Shown one piece after another: positions 34,395 through 44,434 of a stretch of 64,000 bases of DNA. The stretch lies in assembly GCA_965248925.1 (NCBI GenBank), contig CBDFLE010000006.1, positions 2,016,001 through 2,080,000 on the forward strand, written 5' to 3'. How positions within the stretch are numbered: position 1 is the stretch's first letter; each line of letters opens with the position of its first letter. The notes below the pieces were generated by a model. That model was not told the origin of the DNA and did not search any database. It was given only the letters and a program-made list of their open reading frames with translations. Source of the stretch: Candidatus Multivoradales bacterium (GTDB lineage Bacteria > Acidobacteriota > Thermoanaerobaculia > Multivoradales > J023). The position numbers and the translations under genes are program-made.

Positions 34395-36987
34395 ACCGAT
34401 TCTCAGCCAGCGCTGGCGCCAACTCTGGCCACTGCTGATCCTCCTCGCCAGCCTGGCCGGCTTGGCGACTCCCCTGTGCGCTCAGGCAGATGGTGAGCCA
34501 GCGGGCAGCAGCGAGCTCGAGGCCCGCCACCAGTACTGGCTCGAAGAAGTCGAGCCGCTGCTCAGCGAGGCGGAACGCAAGGTCTGGGAAGAGCTGGAAG
34601 CCAACTACCAACGCGACCACTTCATCCGCGAGTTCTGGCGAGTCCGCGATCCCTATCCCAAGACCGGCCGCAACGAGCTGCGCGAGCGCTGGCAGGCGCG
34701 GGTCGAAGTGGCCCGCGATGCCTACGCCGACCTCAGCGATCCGCGCGCCCAGATTCTGCTGCAACTCGGCGAGCCCAGTCGGCGCCGGCCGCCATCCTGC
34801 AGCGACCTCCTACGGCCGTTGGAAATCTGGATCTACGACCACGGCAGTGACTTCATCAACGGGTATTTCACGGTGGTTTTCGTCGGCACTCGCGGTGGCC
34901 GCGCCGGCAAGGCTCGACTGTGGCAACCGGCCGATGGCCTGGCGTCTTTAGTTGTACTAGGCACGGTCTCCATGGCCGATCCGCAGCTGGCCCGGCAGAT
35001 TCGCCAAGGCTGTACCCGCGGCGACGAGCTGCTGGCCGATTTCGCCCAAGCTCTCGAAATCGCCCACGTCGAGAGCCGCCTCGGCGCGTTGATTCCCCGT
35101 CCTTCGGCGGAGTGGGTGGCGAGCTTCCGTGCCCGCTCGACCCAGCTGAAAGACGATGCCGAGTCGCTCGCTGGCCGGCTCGAAATCGCTTTCCCTGGCC
35201 GCCATCAAAGCCGCACCATAGTGCAGGGCCTGCTGTCGATACCAGCCGCGGCGGCGACCGTTGGCGAACTTGGTAGCCTGCGGGTCTATAACTTTTTGAT
35301 CGATGGCGAGGTTCTGCGCCAGGGTGAACTCTTTGACCACTTTCGCTACCGCTTTGCGCTGCCGGCCAAGGAAATCACCGGCGACCAGCTGCCGCTGATC
35401 TTGCAGCGCTATCTACGTCCCGGCGACTACACTCTGATCCTCAAGGCTGAAGACATTCACTCCGGCCGCGCCTTCCGGATCGAGCGGCCGCTACGAGTGC
35501 CGAAGATCAACCAGGTTAAGCCACCGCCGGTGGTAGCGGTGGGCAGCACCACGGCTGAGCGAGCGGCCGCGGACGGCCGAGCGGTCGAGGTCAGTACCCG
35601 GCTACTCGGCGGCCGGCTCGCGGAAGCCAACGCCAGCCTCGGTTCCGGGGATCACCTGATCAGGATCCTGCCCTTGCCAGCGATGCTCAGTGTCGGCCGC
35701 CTGCGGATCGAGGCCGAGACCACCGGCGAGGGTATCGCCAAAGTCGCCTTCGAACTCGATGGCCGGCCGGTGATGCGAAAGAGCCGGCCGCCTTACAGCG
35801 TCGAACTCAATCTAGGCGAGCAACCCCGCACTCATGAGCTGAGAGTGTTGGCTTTGGACAGCGATGGCAAAGTACTGGCGATCGATCAGGCGGTGGTCAA
35901 CGCTGGCCCCCACCGCTTCGCCATCCGCTTGCTAGAGCCCCAGCTCGGCAAGACCTACCGGCGCAGCGTTCGGGCTCAGGCCGAAGTCGAAGTGCCCGAA
36001 GGCGAGCGCCTCGAACGAGTCGAGTTCTACATCAACGAAACCTTGCTGGCGAGCCTCTATCAAGCTCCCTGGGAGCAGCCCATGCTGTTGCCGCCGGACG
36101 AGGAGGTGACCTACGTGCGCGCGGTCGCCCACCTGCGCGGTGGGAGTTCGGTCGAAGATGTGGTGTTCATCAACGCTCCCGACTACGTCGACCACCTGGA
36201 CGTACGACTGGTCGAGCTCTACACCTCGGTTGTGGACCGCAAAGGCCGAGCGATCAGGGATCTGCGGCGCGAAGAAATCACCGTGCTCGAAGACGGTGTC
36301 CAGCAGGAGATTCAGCGCTTCGAAGAGATTCGTGATCAACCGATCCACACCGGCATCGTGCTCGACACTTCGATTTCCATGGTTGAAGAACTCGCTGAAG
36401 TCGAAAAGGCGGCCTATCGCTTCCTCGAAACCGTACTGACCCCGCGCGATCGCGCGGCGGTGATCACTTTCGCCGACGAACCCAAGCTGGTGACCCGCTT
36501 CACCGCCGATCGGGAAGTCTTGGCCGGCGGCCTGGTCGGCTTGGTGGCGGACGGAGAAACGGCGCTCTACGACAGCCTGATCTACGCCCTGCACTACTTC
36601 AGCGGCCTGCCCGGCAAGCGCGCCCTGATCGTACTCACCGACGGCGCCGACTCGGTGTCGCACTACGGCTATGAAGACGTCACCGACTTTGCCCACCGTA
36701 CTGGTGTCGCCATCTACATGATCGGTCTCGATCTAAATTCCCGCCAGATGGACATCCGGGTCAAGATGCAGCGCCTGGCCCGCTCCACCGGCGGCAACAG
36801 CTTCTTCATCGAAAGCGCTTCGCAGCTGGGCAGCATCTACGACAAGATCCAGGAAGAGCTGCGAGCGCAATACTTGATCGCCTACCAAGCACCCGGCGAC
36901 GACCAAGACGCTCGTTTTCGTCAAGTCGAAGTGCGGCTGAGTCGCAAAGGACTCAAGGCCAAGACCATTCAGGGCTACTTCCCTTAG
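34363..36987 (+). CDS. Paralogous GWxTD-like + Ig-like + VWA protein
   Basis: Colinear with the previous gene (WLEEV, RDPYPKTGRNE, QRYLRPG.Y, DTSIS MIDAS, TALYDS, LTDGAD, final GYFP). Start uncertain. Confidence 0.85.
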   Translation: MPPPCEATIPEPILSQRWRQLWPLLILLASLAGLATPLCAQADGEPAGSSELEARHQYWLEEVEPLLSEAERKVWEELEANYQRDHFIREFWRVRDPYPKTGRNELRERWQARVEVARDAYADLSDPRAQILLQLGEPSRRRPPSCSDLLRPLEIWIYDHGSDFINGYFTVVFVGTRGGRAGKARLWQPADGLASLVVLGTVSMADPQLARQIRQGCTRGDELLADFAQALEIAHVESRLGALIPRPSAEWVASFRARSTQLKDDAESLAGRLEIAFPGRHQSRTIVQGLLSIPAAAATVGELGSLRVYNFLIDGEVLRQGELFDHFRYRFALPAKEITGDQLPLILQRYLRPGDYTLILKAEDIHSGRAFRIERPLRVPKINQVKPPPVVAVGSTTAERAAADGRAVEVSTRLLGGRLAEANASLGSGDHLIRILPLPAMLSVGRLRIEAETTGEGIAKVAFELDGRPVMRKSRPPYSVELNLGEQPRTHELRVLALDSDGKVLAIDQAVVNAGPHRFAIRLLEPQLGKTYRRSVRAQAEVEVPEGERLERVEFYINETLLASLYQAPWEQPMLLPPDEEVTYVRAVAHLRGGSSVEDVVFINAPDYVDHLDVRLVELYTSVVDRKGRAIRDLRREEITVLEDGVQQEIQRFEEIRDQPIHTGIVLDTSISMVEELAEVEKAAYRFLETVLTPRDRAAVITFADEPKLVTRFTADREVLAGGLVGLVADGETALYDSLIYALHYFSGLPGKRALIVLTDGADSVSHYGYEDVTDFAHRTGVAIYMIGLDLNSRQMDIRVKMQRLARSTGGNSFFIESASQLGSIYDKIQEELRAQYLIAYQAPGDDQDARFRQVEVRLSRKGLKAKTIQGYFP

Positions 36988-36996
36988 GCCTGTCAG

Positions 36997-37716
36997 ATGC
37001 CGGCAGTCAACAACCCCTGCAACCGGAAGCCACAGATGACTTGCGCAAACCCAGGTTCAGAAGTGCCCCGCCGACTAGTGTTGGCCTCCGGCTCGGCCCG
37101 CCGCCGAGAGTTGCTCGATCTCCTCGGTCTGGATTTCGAAGTGCGGCCCGCGGACATCGACGAGACTCCTCAGCCGGACGAAACTCCCCACTGCTACGTA
37201 CTGCGCATGGCCACTGAGAAAGCTCGCGGCGGGGTTGCCGGCGAACTGCTCCTGGCCGCCGACACGGTGGTGGTGATCGATGACGAGATCCTCGGCAAGC
37301 CGCGCGACGCGGTCGATGCCAGGCAGATGTTGGCCAGGCTCTCTGGACGTCAGCATCGGGTACTCACCGGCGTCGGCCTGTCCGACCCCGAGCGCGGCCT
37401 ACGGATGGCGGTTGTCGAGGGCACCCAGGTCCACTTCAATCGTCTCAACGAGGGCGAGATCGAATGGTACGTCGGCACCGGTGAACCGCTCGACAAGGCT
37501 GGCGCCTATGCTATTCAAGGCCTGGCCTCCCTCTTCGTCCGGGCGATCCAAGGCTGCTATTGGAATGTCGTCGGCCTGCCACTGTCGACCACCTATCAGC
37601 TGCTGCGCCGCACCCGCTGCGAGCTGCTCAGCTTCGCCCACCAATCGCCCCCGGCAGAGCTGCTGGCGCGGCTGGCAGGGCAGGAAGAGGAGGAAGACTC
37701 AGTAGAAGGTGAGTAG
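36997..37716 (+). CDS. maf: Maf family nucleoside triphosphate pyrophosphatase (YhdE-like)
   Basis: [24 protein letters not shown]...ILGKP, LSGRQH, DKAGAY, NVVGLP. Confidence 0.93.
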   Translation: MPAVNNPCNRKPQMTCANPGSEVPRRLVLASGSARRRELLDLLGLDFEVRPADIDETPQPDETPHCYVLRMATEKARGGVAGELLLAADTVVVIDDEILGKPRDAVDARQMLARLSGRQHRVLTGVGLSDPERGLRMAVVEGTQVHFNRLNEGEIEWYVGTGEPLDKAGAYAIQGLASLFVRAIQGCYWNVVGLPLSTTYQLLRRTRCELLSFAHQSPPAELLARLAGQEEEEDSVEGE

Positions 37717-37727
37717 CGCCTCCGCCC

Positions 37728-38720
37728 TCAATCTTCCGAACCGTCATAAAGCCCGCTCACCAGCTCACCATAGCCGTTGTAGACCAACGTCTCACGGGTT
37801 TCGCCGCTGCCAATGTCCTTCTCCCAGCGCTGGCTCCAGCGTGGGTGCGGCTTGTGCGGCTCGACGTTCGAATAGAAACCGTACTCCTCAGCCTGGAAGT
37901 CGTTCCAGAAGGTCCCCGGACGATGCTTGGTGAACTCGATCCGCACTACAGACTTGGGACCCTTGTAGCCGTACTTCCATGGAATCGCCAACCGCCACGG
38001 CGCCCCATGCTGCATCGGCAAGGCGTGGCCATAGCTACCCACCGCGACAAAAGCCAGCGGGTGAGTGGCCTCGTCGAGGCGCAGGGCCTCGTAGTAGGGC
38101 CAGGAGTACCAGCTCTGGCTGCTCTGACCTGGAAGACCCTTCTTGTCGAAGACGCTGACGAAGCGCACCCAGCGGGCCGAGGGTAGAGGCTCGAGCCAGT
38201 CGATCAGGCTCTTCAGCGGATAGCCGGTCCAGGGTACCTGCATCGCCCAGCGCTCGACACAGCGAAAGCGGTAGAGTCGCTCCTCCAGCGGAAAACGGCC
38301 GAAGATGTCGTCGAGATCGAATTCCCGCTTCTCCTTTACCAGACCACGGACCTTGATCTTCCACGGCACCACGGGATAGTCCTGAGCCAGCTCCCACACC
38401 CGCTCCTTGGCAGTGGTGAACTCGTAAAAGTTGCTGTAACTACCGGCCACCGCCTCCTCGGTCAGCGACCGGTCGCTGAACTCATAGGCCGGGTTGCGTT
38501 GGGCCGGAAAACGGTCAGCGTAGAGCCCACCAACCGCTGCTTGGAGCATCTTTGCCGGATCAGCGCTGGCTTCCTTGGCACCGGCCCAGCGTGGCAATGC
38601 CAGCGCCGCGCCCGACAAACCCAGAGTCTTGAGTAGCTGACGGCGATTGAGGAAGGTCGCCTCGGGAGTCGCCAAGCACTCGGCAATTTTCCAGTCGGGT
38701 ACTATGTGGATGGCTGTCAT
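37728..38720 (-). CDS. msrP: Protein-methionine-sulfoxide reductase catalytic subunit
   Basis: TPEATFLNRRQLL (Tat), NFYEF, RFRCVE.W, WPY.EALRLDEA.HPL, QHGAP, PWKYGYKG.KS, YGFYSNV.P..PHPRWSQ. ATG 38720 has a GGAG RBS. Confidence 0.93.
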   Translation of the reverse strand: MTAIHIVPDWKIAECLATPEATFLNRRQLLKTLGLSGAALALPRWAGAKEASADPAKMLQAAVGGLYADRFPAQRNPAYEFSDRSLTEEAVAGSYSNFYEFTTAKERVWELAQDYPVVPWKIKVRGLVKEKREFDLDDIFGRFPLEERLYRFRCVERWAMQVPWTGYPLKSLIDWLEPLPSARWVRFVSVFDKKGLPGQSSQSWYSWPYYEALRLDEATHPLAFVAVGSYGHALPMQHGAPWRLAIPWKYGYKGPKSVVRIEFTKHRPGTFWNDFQAEEYGFYSNVEPHKPHPRWSQRWEKDIGSGETRETLVYNGYGELVSGLYDGSED

Positions 38721-38906
38721 TCTGGCTCCAAGGTCGACTGATCGATAGCCAGCAGTAGCGCCGCGCTGATCCGGACCGATGTTCTCGTCCCAAACCAGGC
38801 TAGAGCCTTGGCCCGCCGCCGTCAACACGAGAACACAGCCACGAACTCAGCGTAGTAGAATGGCGATCGTCGCCAATCCCTACTCATTTCCACAGGTCTC
38901 AGCACT

Positions 38907-39947
38907 GTGAAAGTCTTGATCCTCGCAGGCGGCAGCGGTACTCGTTTCTGGCCGCTCAGCCGTCGTCACCATCCCAAGCAACTGCTCGCCCTGGACGATG
39001 AGCGCAGCCTCTTGCAGGCCACCGTCGATCGGCTGGCGCCACTGGTGCTGCCAGCCGATGTTTGGGTGTGCACCACCGCGGCGCTGGCCGAGGCGGTTCG
39101 GGCTCAGCTACCAGAAGTTCCCAGCGAGCAAGTCTTGGAAGAACCTTGCGGCCGCAACACGGCGCCGGCGATCGGCTGGGCCCTCGGCGCTATGCCTGAT
39201 CCTCAGGGCATCGTCGCCGTGTTGCCGGCCGACCATCGTTTCACTGATCCCACGGCCTTCCGCCGCACCCTCGCCGCCGCTGCTGAACATGCCCGACGCG
39301 ACGACCTGGTGCTGACCCTCGGAGTCGAACCGCGCTGGGCCGAGACTGGTTATGGCTACCTGGAAGTGGGAAAACCGCTCGACCGTGGCACCGGCTTGCG
39401 TCAGGTGCGCAGCTTCCGCGAAAAGCCTGACGCCAAAACCGCCCAACGCTATGTCGACCAGAGAGGCTACTGGTGGAATGCCGGCATGTTTGTCTTTCGC
39501 AATGCCACCTTGCTGCGCCACTTGGACCGCCTGCAGCCTGATATCGGCCGTGGTCTACGGCAGATTGCCGCGGCACCCGAGAAGCTGGAGCAGCTCTATC
39601 CCGAGCTATCCTCGATATCGATCGACTACGCAGTGATGGAGCGTCTCGACGAGATTGCCTCCTTGCCGCTCGATTGTGGCTGGAGCGACCTTGGCTCCTG
39701 GGAAGCACTCGACGAAGTGCTAGCTCACGATACGAACGGCAACAGCACCCACGGCGAGGTCCTGGCGATCGATTGCCGAGACAACCTGCTGTGGGCCGAA
39801 CACGGCACCATCGCAGTGGTGGGAGTCGAAGGGTTAGTGGTGGTGCGCAGCGGCGATACTGTGCTGGTGATGCCCAAGAAGCGCTCCCAAGACGTCAAAG
39901 AAGTAGTTGCAGCCCTGCGCGCCAACGGCCGTGACGAGCTGCTCTAA
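38907..39947 (+). CDS. manC: Mannose-1-phosphate guanylyltransferase
   Basis: ILAGGSGTRFWPLSR..PKQ, EP.GRNTAPA, PADH, ETGYGY, FREKP, WNAGMF, SIDYAVME, WSDLGSW; no cupin/PMI domain. Confidence 0.93.
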   Translation: MKVLILAGGSGTRFWPLSRRHHPKQLLALDDERSLLQATVDRLAPLVLPADVWVCTTAALAEAVRAQLPEVPSEQVLEEPCGRNTAPAIGWALGAMPDPQGIVAVLPADHRFTDPTAFRRTLAAAAEHARRDDLVLTLGVEPRWAETGYGYLEVGKPLDRGTGLRQVRSFREKPDAKTAQRYVDQRGYWWNAGMFVFRNATLLRHLDRLQPDIGRGLRQIAAAPEKLEQLYPELSSISIDYAVMERLDEIASLPLDCGWSDLGSWEALDEVLAHDTNGNSTHGEVLAIDCRDNLLWAEHGTIAVVGVEGLVVVRSGDTVLVMPKKRSQDVKEVVAALRANGRDELL

Positions 39948-39951
39948 GGTC

Positions 39952-40641
39952 ATGCGTCTCGCCACAGTTTTTTCTCACGACGGCCGTGACTGGCCCTTGG
40001 CCGAGCTACCGTCGCCCATCCGGCCCGACGAGATCGTTGCTGGCGATGGCCCCTGGGAACTCGAACTTGGTTTTGGCAAAGGACGGTACTTGTTACAACG
40101 AGCGGCGGCTTTGCCCGAACGCCGCTTCCTGGGCATCGAACTGGTGTCGAAGTACTACCGCATGGCCCGCCATCGCGGTCAGCGCCGCGGGCTGAGCAAC
40201 TTAGCGGTGTGTCGGGGCGAGGCGCACTACCTGCTGGCGACGGCGATTCCACGCGGTTTTGCCGATCAAGTACACGTCTACTTTCCCGATCCCTGGCCCA
40301 AGGCAAAGCACCACAAGCGCCGCCTCTTCGACCCCGAAACCGTCGATCTGGTTCTCGGCGCGATTCGCCCCGGCGGCAAGCTGGTCTTCGCCACCGACTT
40401 TCTCGACTATGGGGAGATCGTCGTCGAGATCCTCTCCAGCCATCCCGACCTCACCCTGGAGCTGATCGACGGCCCGTGGCCGGACGGCGCCCGCACCCAC
40501 TACGAGTCGCGCTTCGTCCGCGAAGGCAAACCCATCCTGCGACTCCACGCCCACCTGGCCCAAGACGCCAAGCCGGGTGCCCTGCACCCCGACGGTCGAG
40601 CCGCGGTGCTGGCAGCGGTGGCGGAGCGTCGCAGCGACTAA
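39952..40641 (+). CDS. trmB: tRNA (guanine-N7)-methyltransferase
   Basis: LELGFGKG, FLGIE, FPDPWPKAKHHKRRL, ATD, THYE. Confidence 0.92.
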   Translation: MRLATVFSHDGRDWPLAELPSPIRPDEIVAGDGPWELELGFGKGRYLLQRAAALPERRFLGIELVSKYYRMARHRGQRRGLSNLAVCRGEAHYLLATAIPRGFADQVHVYFPDPWPKAKHHKRRLFDPETVDLVLGAIRPGGKLVFATDFLDYGEIVVEILSSHPDLTLELIDGPWPDGARTHYESRFVREGKPILRLHAHLAQDAKPGALHPDGRAAVLAAVAERRSD

Positions 40642-40736
40642 ACGAGAGCCATGCCGCAGCTTGGCTGGAGGTCAGCTATCCGACGCTAACGGCTAGGCGC
40701 GGCAGAGCGGCGGAATGATAGTCTTGCTAGCCGCTC

Positions 40737-42479
40737 ATGCACCAGCTGCGACGTCTTTTCGACTACTTCCGTCCCCACCGCCGACAACTTCAGCTCGGTA
40801 TCTGTTCCATCCTGGCGACCGCCGGGGTGGGCCTGATGGCTCCGCTGATCATCGGCCTGGGTATCGATGCTCTGCACCAACAAGTCACCCCGCGGAGACT
40901 TCTGACCTACGCCGCTCTGCTGGTGATCGTCGCCACCGTGCAGGGCTTTTTCAGCTTTCTGCAACGCAAGACCCTGGTGACCATGAGTCGCAATATCGAA
41001 CTCGATCTGCGGCGCGACCTCTTCTGCCACTTGCAACGCCTCGACCCAGCCTTCTACCAACATAGCTACACCGGCGATCTGATGGCTCGCGCCACCAATG
41101 ATCTCGAAGCAGTCAGGCGGCTCTGCGGCCCGGCGATCATGTACGGCACCAACACCCTCTTTGTCGCCACCGGCGCGCTGCTCTTCATGTATCGGATCCA
41201 TCCATGGCTCACCCTGCTGTCGCTGTGCACGCTGCCGGTGGTGGCGCTGATCACCCAGCTCTTCGGGCAACGCATTCACAGCTTGTTCAAAGTCGTTCAG
41301 GCAGATTTCTCGCGCCTCTCAGCCAAGGTCCAAGAGAGTCTCGCGGGCAGTCGGGTGGTGCGAGCCTATGCCCAGGAAGAAGCCGAGGAGAGGGCCTTTG
41401 ACCAACTCAGCTACAACTATGTAGAGAGCAACCGTCAGCTGATCCGTTGGAATGCGGCCTTTCGCCCACTGCTGCAACTGATGATCGGCCTGGGTATCGT
41501 CGCGGTGCTGTACTTTGGTAGCCAGTTGTTGATCGATGGCCGAATCACGGTGGGGCAATTCGTCAGTTTCAACCTCTTCCTGACCAAGCTCACCTGGCCG
41601 ATGATCGCCATTGGCTGGGTGATTAACATCACCCAGCGTGGTTTGGCTTCTTTCGGGCGCATTCGCGAGATCCTCGACACCGAACCCGGCGTGCGCGACC
41701 AGGAGCCGCTCGAGCAGCCCAAGAACCTCACCGGCGCGGTGCGCTTCGACCATCTCGACTTCACCTATCCGGGAGCTTCGCCAGCGGTGCTGCGGCAGAT
41801 CGACTTCGCGGTGGACGCTGGGACTCGGGTCGCCCTGGTCGGCCGCACCGGTGCTGGCAAGAGCACTCTCCTATCGCTGATCCCACGACTCTACGAGCCC
41901 GAAGCCGGCAGCCTGTGGATCGATGGCTACGATGTTCGGCGGCTACCCCTGGCCACCCTGCGCGGCATGCTCGCCATGGTGCCGCAGGAGACCTTCCTCT
42001 TCTCGGCGACGATTCGCGACAATGTCGCCTTTGGCTCGCCCGAGGCGAGCAGCGAAGAGATCCAACAAGCAGTGCGATTAGCCGGCCTCGACGAAGATTT
42101 GCAGGACTTCCCCGCCGGCCTCGACACCATCGTCGGCGAACGCGGCATCTCCCTCTCAGGCGGCCAGAAACAACGGGTCGCCCTGGCCCGTGCCGTGTTG
42201 CGCCAACCCCGCTTACTGCTGCTCGACGACTGCTTGTCGGCGGTGGACGCGCAGACTGAAGAGCGTATTCTCAACAATCTGCGAACCTTCTTTCCCGGTC
42301 GCACGGTCTTCCAGGTGTCCCACCGCATCTCGGCGGTCGAAGGAGCCGATCTGATTCTTGTGCTCGACGGCGGTCGCATCGTCGAACGGGGCAACCACCG
42401 AGAGCTGCTCGACCAAGGCGGCCTTTACGCCGACCTCGAGCAGCGGCAGCGGCTCGAAGACCAGCTGGCAACGGTCTAG
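40737..42479 (+). CDS. ABC exporter, fused permease/ATPase (MdlA/MsbA-like)
   Basis: Six-TM region, TGDLMARATND, GRTGAGKST, VPQETFLFS, LSGGQKQR, LLDDCLSAVD. Confidence 0.92.
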   Translation: MHQLRRLFDYFRPHRRQLQLGICSILATAGVGLMAPLIIGLGIDALHQQVTPRRLLTYAALLVIVATVQGFFSFLQRKTLVTMSRNIELDLRRDLFCHLQRLDPAFYQHSYTGDLMARATNDLEAVRRLCGPAIMYGTNTLFVATGALLFMYRIHPWLTLLSLCTLPVVALITQLFGQRIHSLFKVVQADFSRLSAKVQESLAGSRVVRAYAQEEAEERAFDQLSYNYVESNRQLIRWNAAFRPLLQLMIGLGIVAVLYFGSQLLIDGRITVGQFVSFNLFLTKLTWPMIAIGWVINITQRGLASFGRIREILDTEPGVRDQEPLEQPKNLTGAVRFDHLDFTYPGASPAVLRQIDFAVDAGTRVALVGRTGAGKSTLLSLIPRLYEPEAGSLWIDGYDVRRLPLATLRGMLAMVPQETFLFSATIRDNVAFGSPEASSEEIQQAVRLAGLDEDLQDFPAGLDTIVGERGISLSGGQKQRVALARAVLRQPRLLLLDDCLSAVDAQTEERILNNLRTFFPGRTVFQVSHRISAVEGADLILVLDGGRIVERGNHRELLDQGGLYADLEQRQRLEDQLATV

Positions 42480-42510
42480 CGCAACCGTCTGTTAGCCCTC
42501 TCGGCTGGAC

Positions 42511-43701
42511 TCAGTCCAACTTGAGCAAGTCGAGCACCACCGAGCGTACCTCGGCACAGCGCTCGCTAGCGGCGTAGATCCTGAAGCTGTCGATCCGCGA
42601 CAGGTGGCGAATGAAGTTGCTGGCCTCGTACATGCTCTCCATCGAGCCGTCAAAGCGCTGCACCAAGACCCCGCTCTTGGCCAAGCGATGCGGGTCCTTG
42701 GCCGAGTGATCGATCATCAGGCCAGCGCCAAAACGTTGCTTCAGCCGGGGTAGCAGAGCGGCAAAGTTATCGCTGTCTCGACTGCTGAGGTGCTCGCGGG
42801 TTTCGTAGGCCAGGCTGTAGCGCTCGCGAAGCACCAGGGCTCGAGCGTGAAGATTGTCGGAGCCGCGCAAATCGTGCCACACCGAGATGTCATCGAGCCG
42901 CAGAAATGCTTCTGGCTCGGATGGCCAGCGGCAGCCCGCGGCCCGAAGCCACTCGTTCAGGTGCAACTCCATGACCTTGCCGGTGACGTTGAAATAAACC
43001 TGGGTAAACATGTAATACCGTGCCATCACCAAGGCTTCGAGGGCATGGACGCCACCGTGATCAACACCGATGCGCCAGCCGCCGGCGCCATCCTCCACCG
43101 GAATGACCGTCTCGATCAGCCGCTCCAGGTCGTAGCTGCCATAGCGCACGCCGCAGTAGAGGCTGTCGCGCAGTAAGTAGTCCATCTTGTCGACATCGAG
43201 TTCGCTGGAGATGATCTCACCGAGCAGCCGCTCGATGCCCCGCCCAGACTTCTCCAACACCCGTACCACTGCCGCCGCGTCGATGCCCTCGCCATGCTCG
43301 GCGAAGACCTCCTCGACCTCCGCCAGGGCCAGCAGCCGCCGGGTCATGTCTTCGTGATCAATGCCGTCCTCGAACAGATCCTCGGCAGTGTGGCTGAAGG
43401 GAGCGTGACCGATGTCGTGCAACAGGGCGGCGACCCGTACCAGGCGCCGAGCCACACGCGTAGAGCCCTGCTCCAGAGGTCCGTCGCTGCGCCCCGCCAA
43501 GGCGTCGTAGACCCGCCCGGCCAAATGCATGGTGCCGAGAACATGGCTGAAACGGCTGTGCTCGGCGCCAGGGAAGATCAGGAACGTCGGACCGAGCTGG
43601 CGAATAAACCGCAAGCGCTGCACCGGGCGGGTTTGGATCAGCGCCGTCTCGAGGGCGTCTGTGCGGATGAAGCCGTGGATAGGATCGCGGATCGATAGCA
43701 T
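42511..43701 (-). CDS. HD-domain phosphohydrolase (SAMHD1/YdhJ-like)
   Basis: IRDPIHG, QRLR.I.QLG, PGAEHSRFSH, LLHDIGHAPFSH, DVDKMDYLLRD. Confidence 0.9.
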   Translation of the reverse strand: MLSIRDPIHGFIRTDALETALIQTRPVQRLRFIRQLGPTFLIFPGAEHSRFSHVLGTMHLAGRVYDALAGRSDGPLEQGSTRVARRLVRVAALLHDIGHAPFSHTAEDLFEDGIDHEDMTRRLLALAEVEEVFAEHGEGIDAAAVVRVLEKSGRGIERLLGEIISSELDVDKMDYLLRDSLYCGVRYGSYDLERLIETVIPVEDGAGGWRIGVDHGGVHALEALVMARYYMFTQVYFNVTGKVMELHLNEWLRAAGCRWPSEPEAFLRLDDISVWHDLRGSDNLHARALVLRERYSLAYETREHLSSRDSDNFAALLPRLKQRFGAGLMIDHSAKDPHRLAKSGVLVQRFDGSMESMYEASNFIRHLSRIDSFRIYAASERCAEVRSVVLDLLKLD

Positions 43702-43768
43702 CGAGCGGCCCCTTGTAATTTGAGGATGGACAGGTCAGATCCGGGCAATGCTATCAACCAACCTCTGC

Positions 43769-44365
43769 CTATAACCAACACAGTCGCTCAACCGCGGCGG
43801 CCTCCGCCGGCAGAGCAGCGACCAGTTCACTTACTCGGGCACCATCGCCAGGCAATCTCAAGTTGGGTAGCAGCTCGGCCAGCGGCGCGAGTACAAAACG
43901 CCGCTGGCGCAGCCCTGGATGGGGCAGGCAGAGGTGGGAATCTTGGCGCTCGACGGCGCCGAAGAGCAGCAGATCGACATCCAGCGGCCGCGGCCACCAC
44001 CGTGGCGCCGGGCGGCGGCCGGCCCGCCGCTCGAGACTTTGGGCAAAAGCCAGGACCGCTTCCGGCCCGTCGCCACCGGCTAGCGGCAGCCGCCGGGCGG
44101 CGACGGTATTGAGGTAGTCCGGCTGCTCGATCTCGCCACTTGGTGGAGTCAGAGGCGGGCTGCGATAGAGCGACGCTACGCGCCATGGACCGTAGCGTTG
44201 TCGGAGCAGGTCGAGGGCGCTCCGCAGCTGCTTTTCGGGTTGGTCCAGGTTACTTCCCAGCCCCAAGACCACCCAGGCGGAAGCCCGCCCGGTAGCAACC
44301 GGTCGAGCCCTGCCGCAGGTCTCTGGGGACGCTGTTGCCGAATCGCTGTCGAAGTTTTCGTTCAT
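43769..44365 (-). CDS. folK: 2-amino-4-hydroxy-6-hydroxymethyldihydropteridine diphosphokinase
   Basis: LGLGSNL, QPDYLN, RWWPRPLDVDLL, LPHP...RRFVL.PL.E. Confidence 0.93.
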   Translation of the reverse strand: MNENFDSDSATASPETCGRARPVATGRASAWVVLGLGSNLDQPEKQLRSALDLLRQRYGPWRVASLYRSPPLTPPSGEIEQPDYLNTVAARRLPLAGGDGPEAVLAFAQSLERRAGRRPAPRWWPRPLDVDLLLFGAVERQDSHLCLPHPGLRQRRFVLAPLAELLPNLRLPGDGARVSELVAALPAEAAAVERLCWL

Positions 44366-44434
44366 CGTCTCTATGACGCTGACTGCCGCAGCCTGCTTGC
44401 CGCTTGCTGGGGGTCAGGGTAGCATTCCGAGAGA

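Noticed and set aside
42511-43701. HD protein as an anti-phage dNTPase
   Set aside because: Housekeeping context (folK, ABC exporter) and genome-typical composition; nothing points to a defence island.
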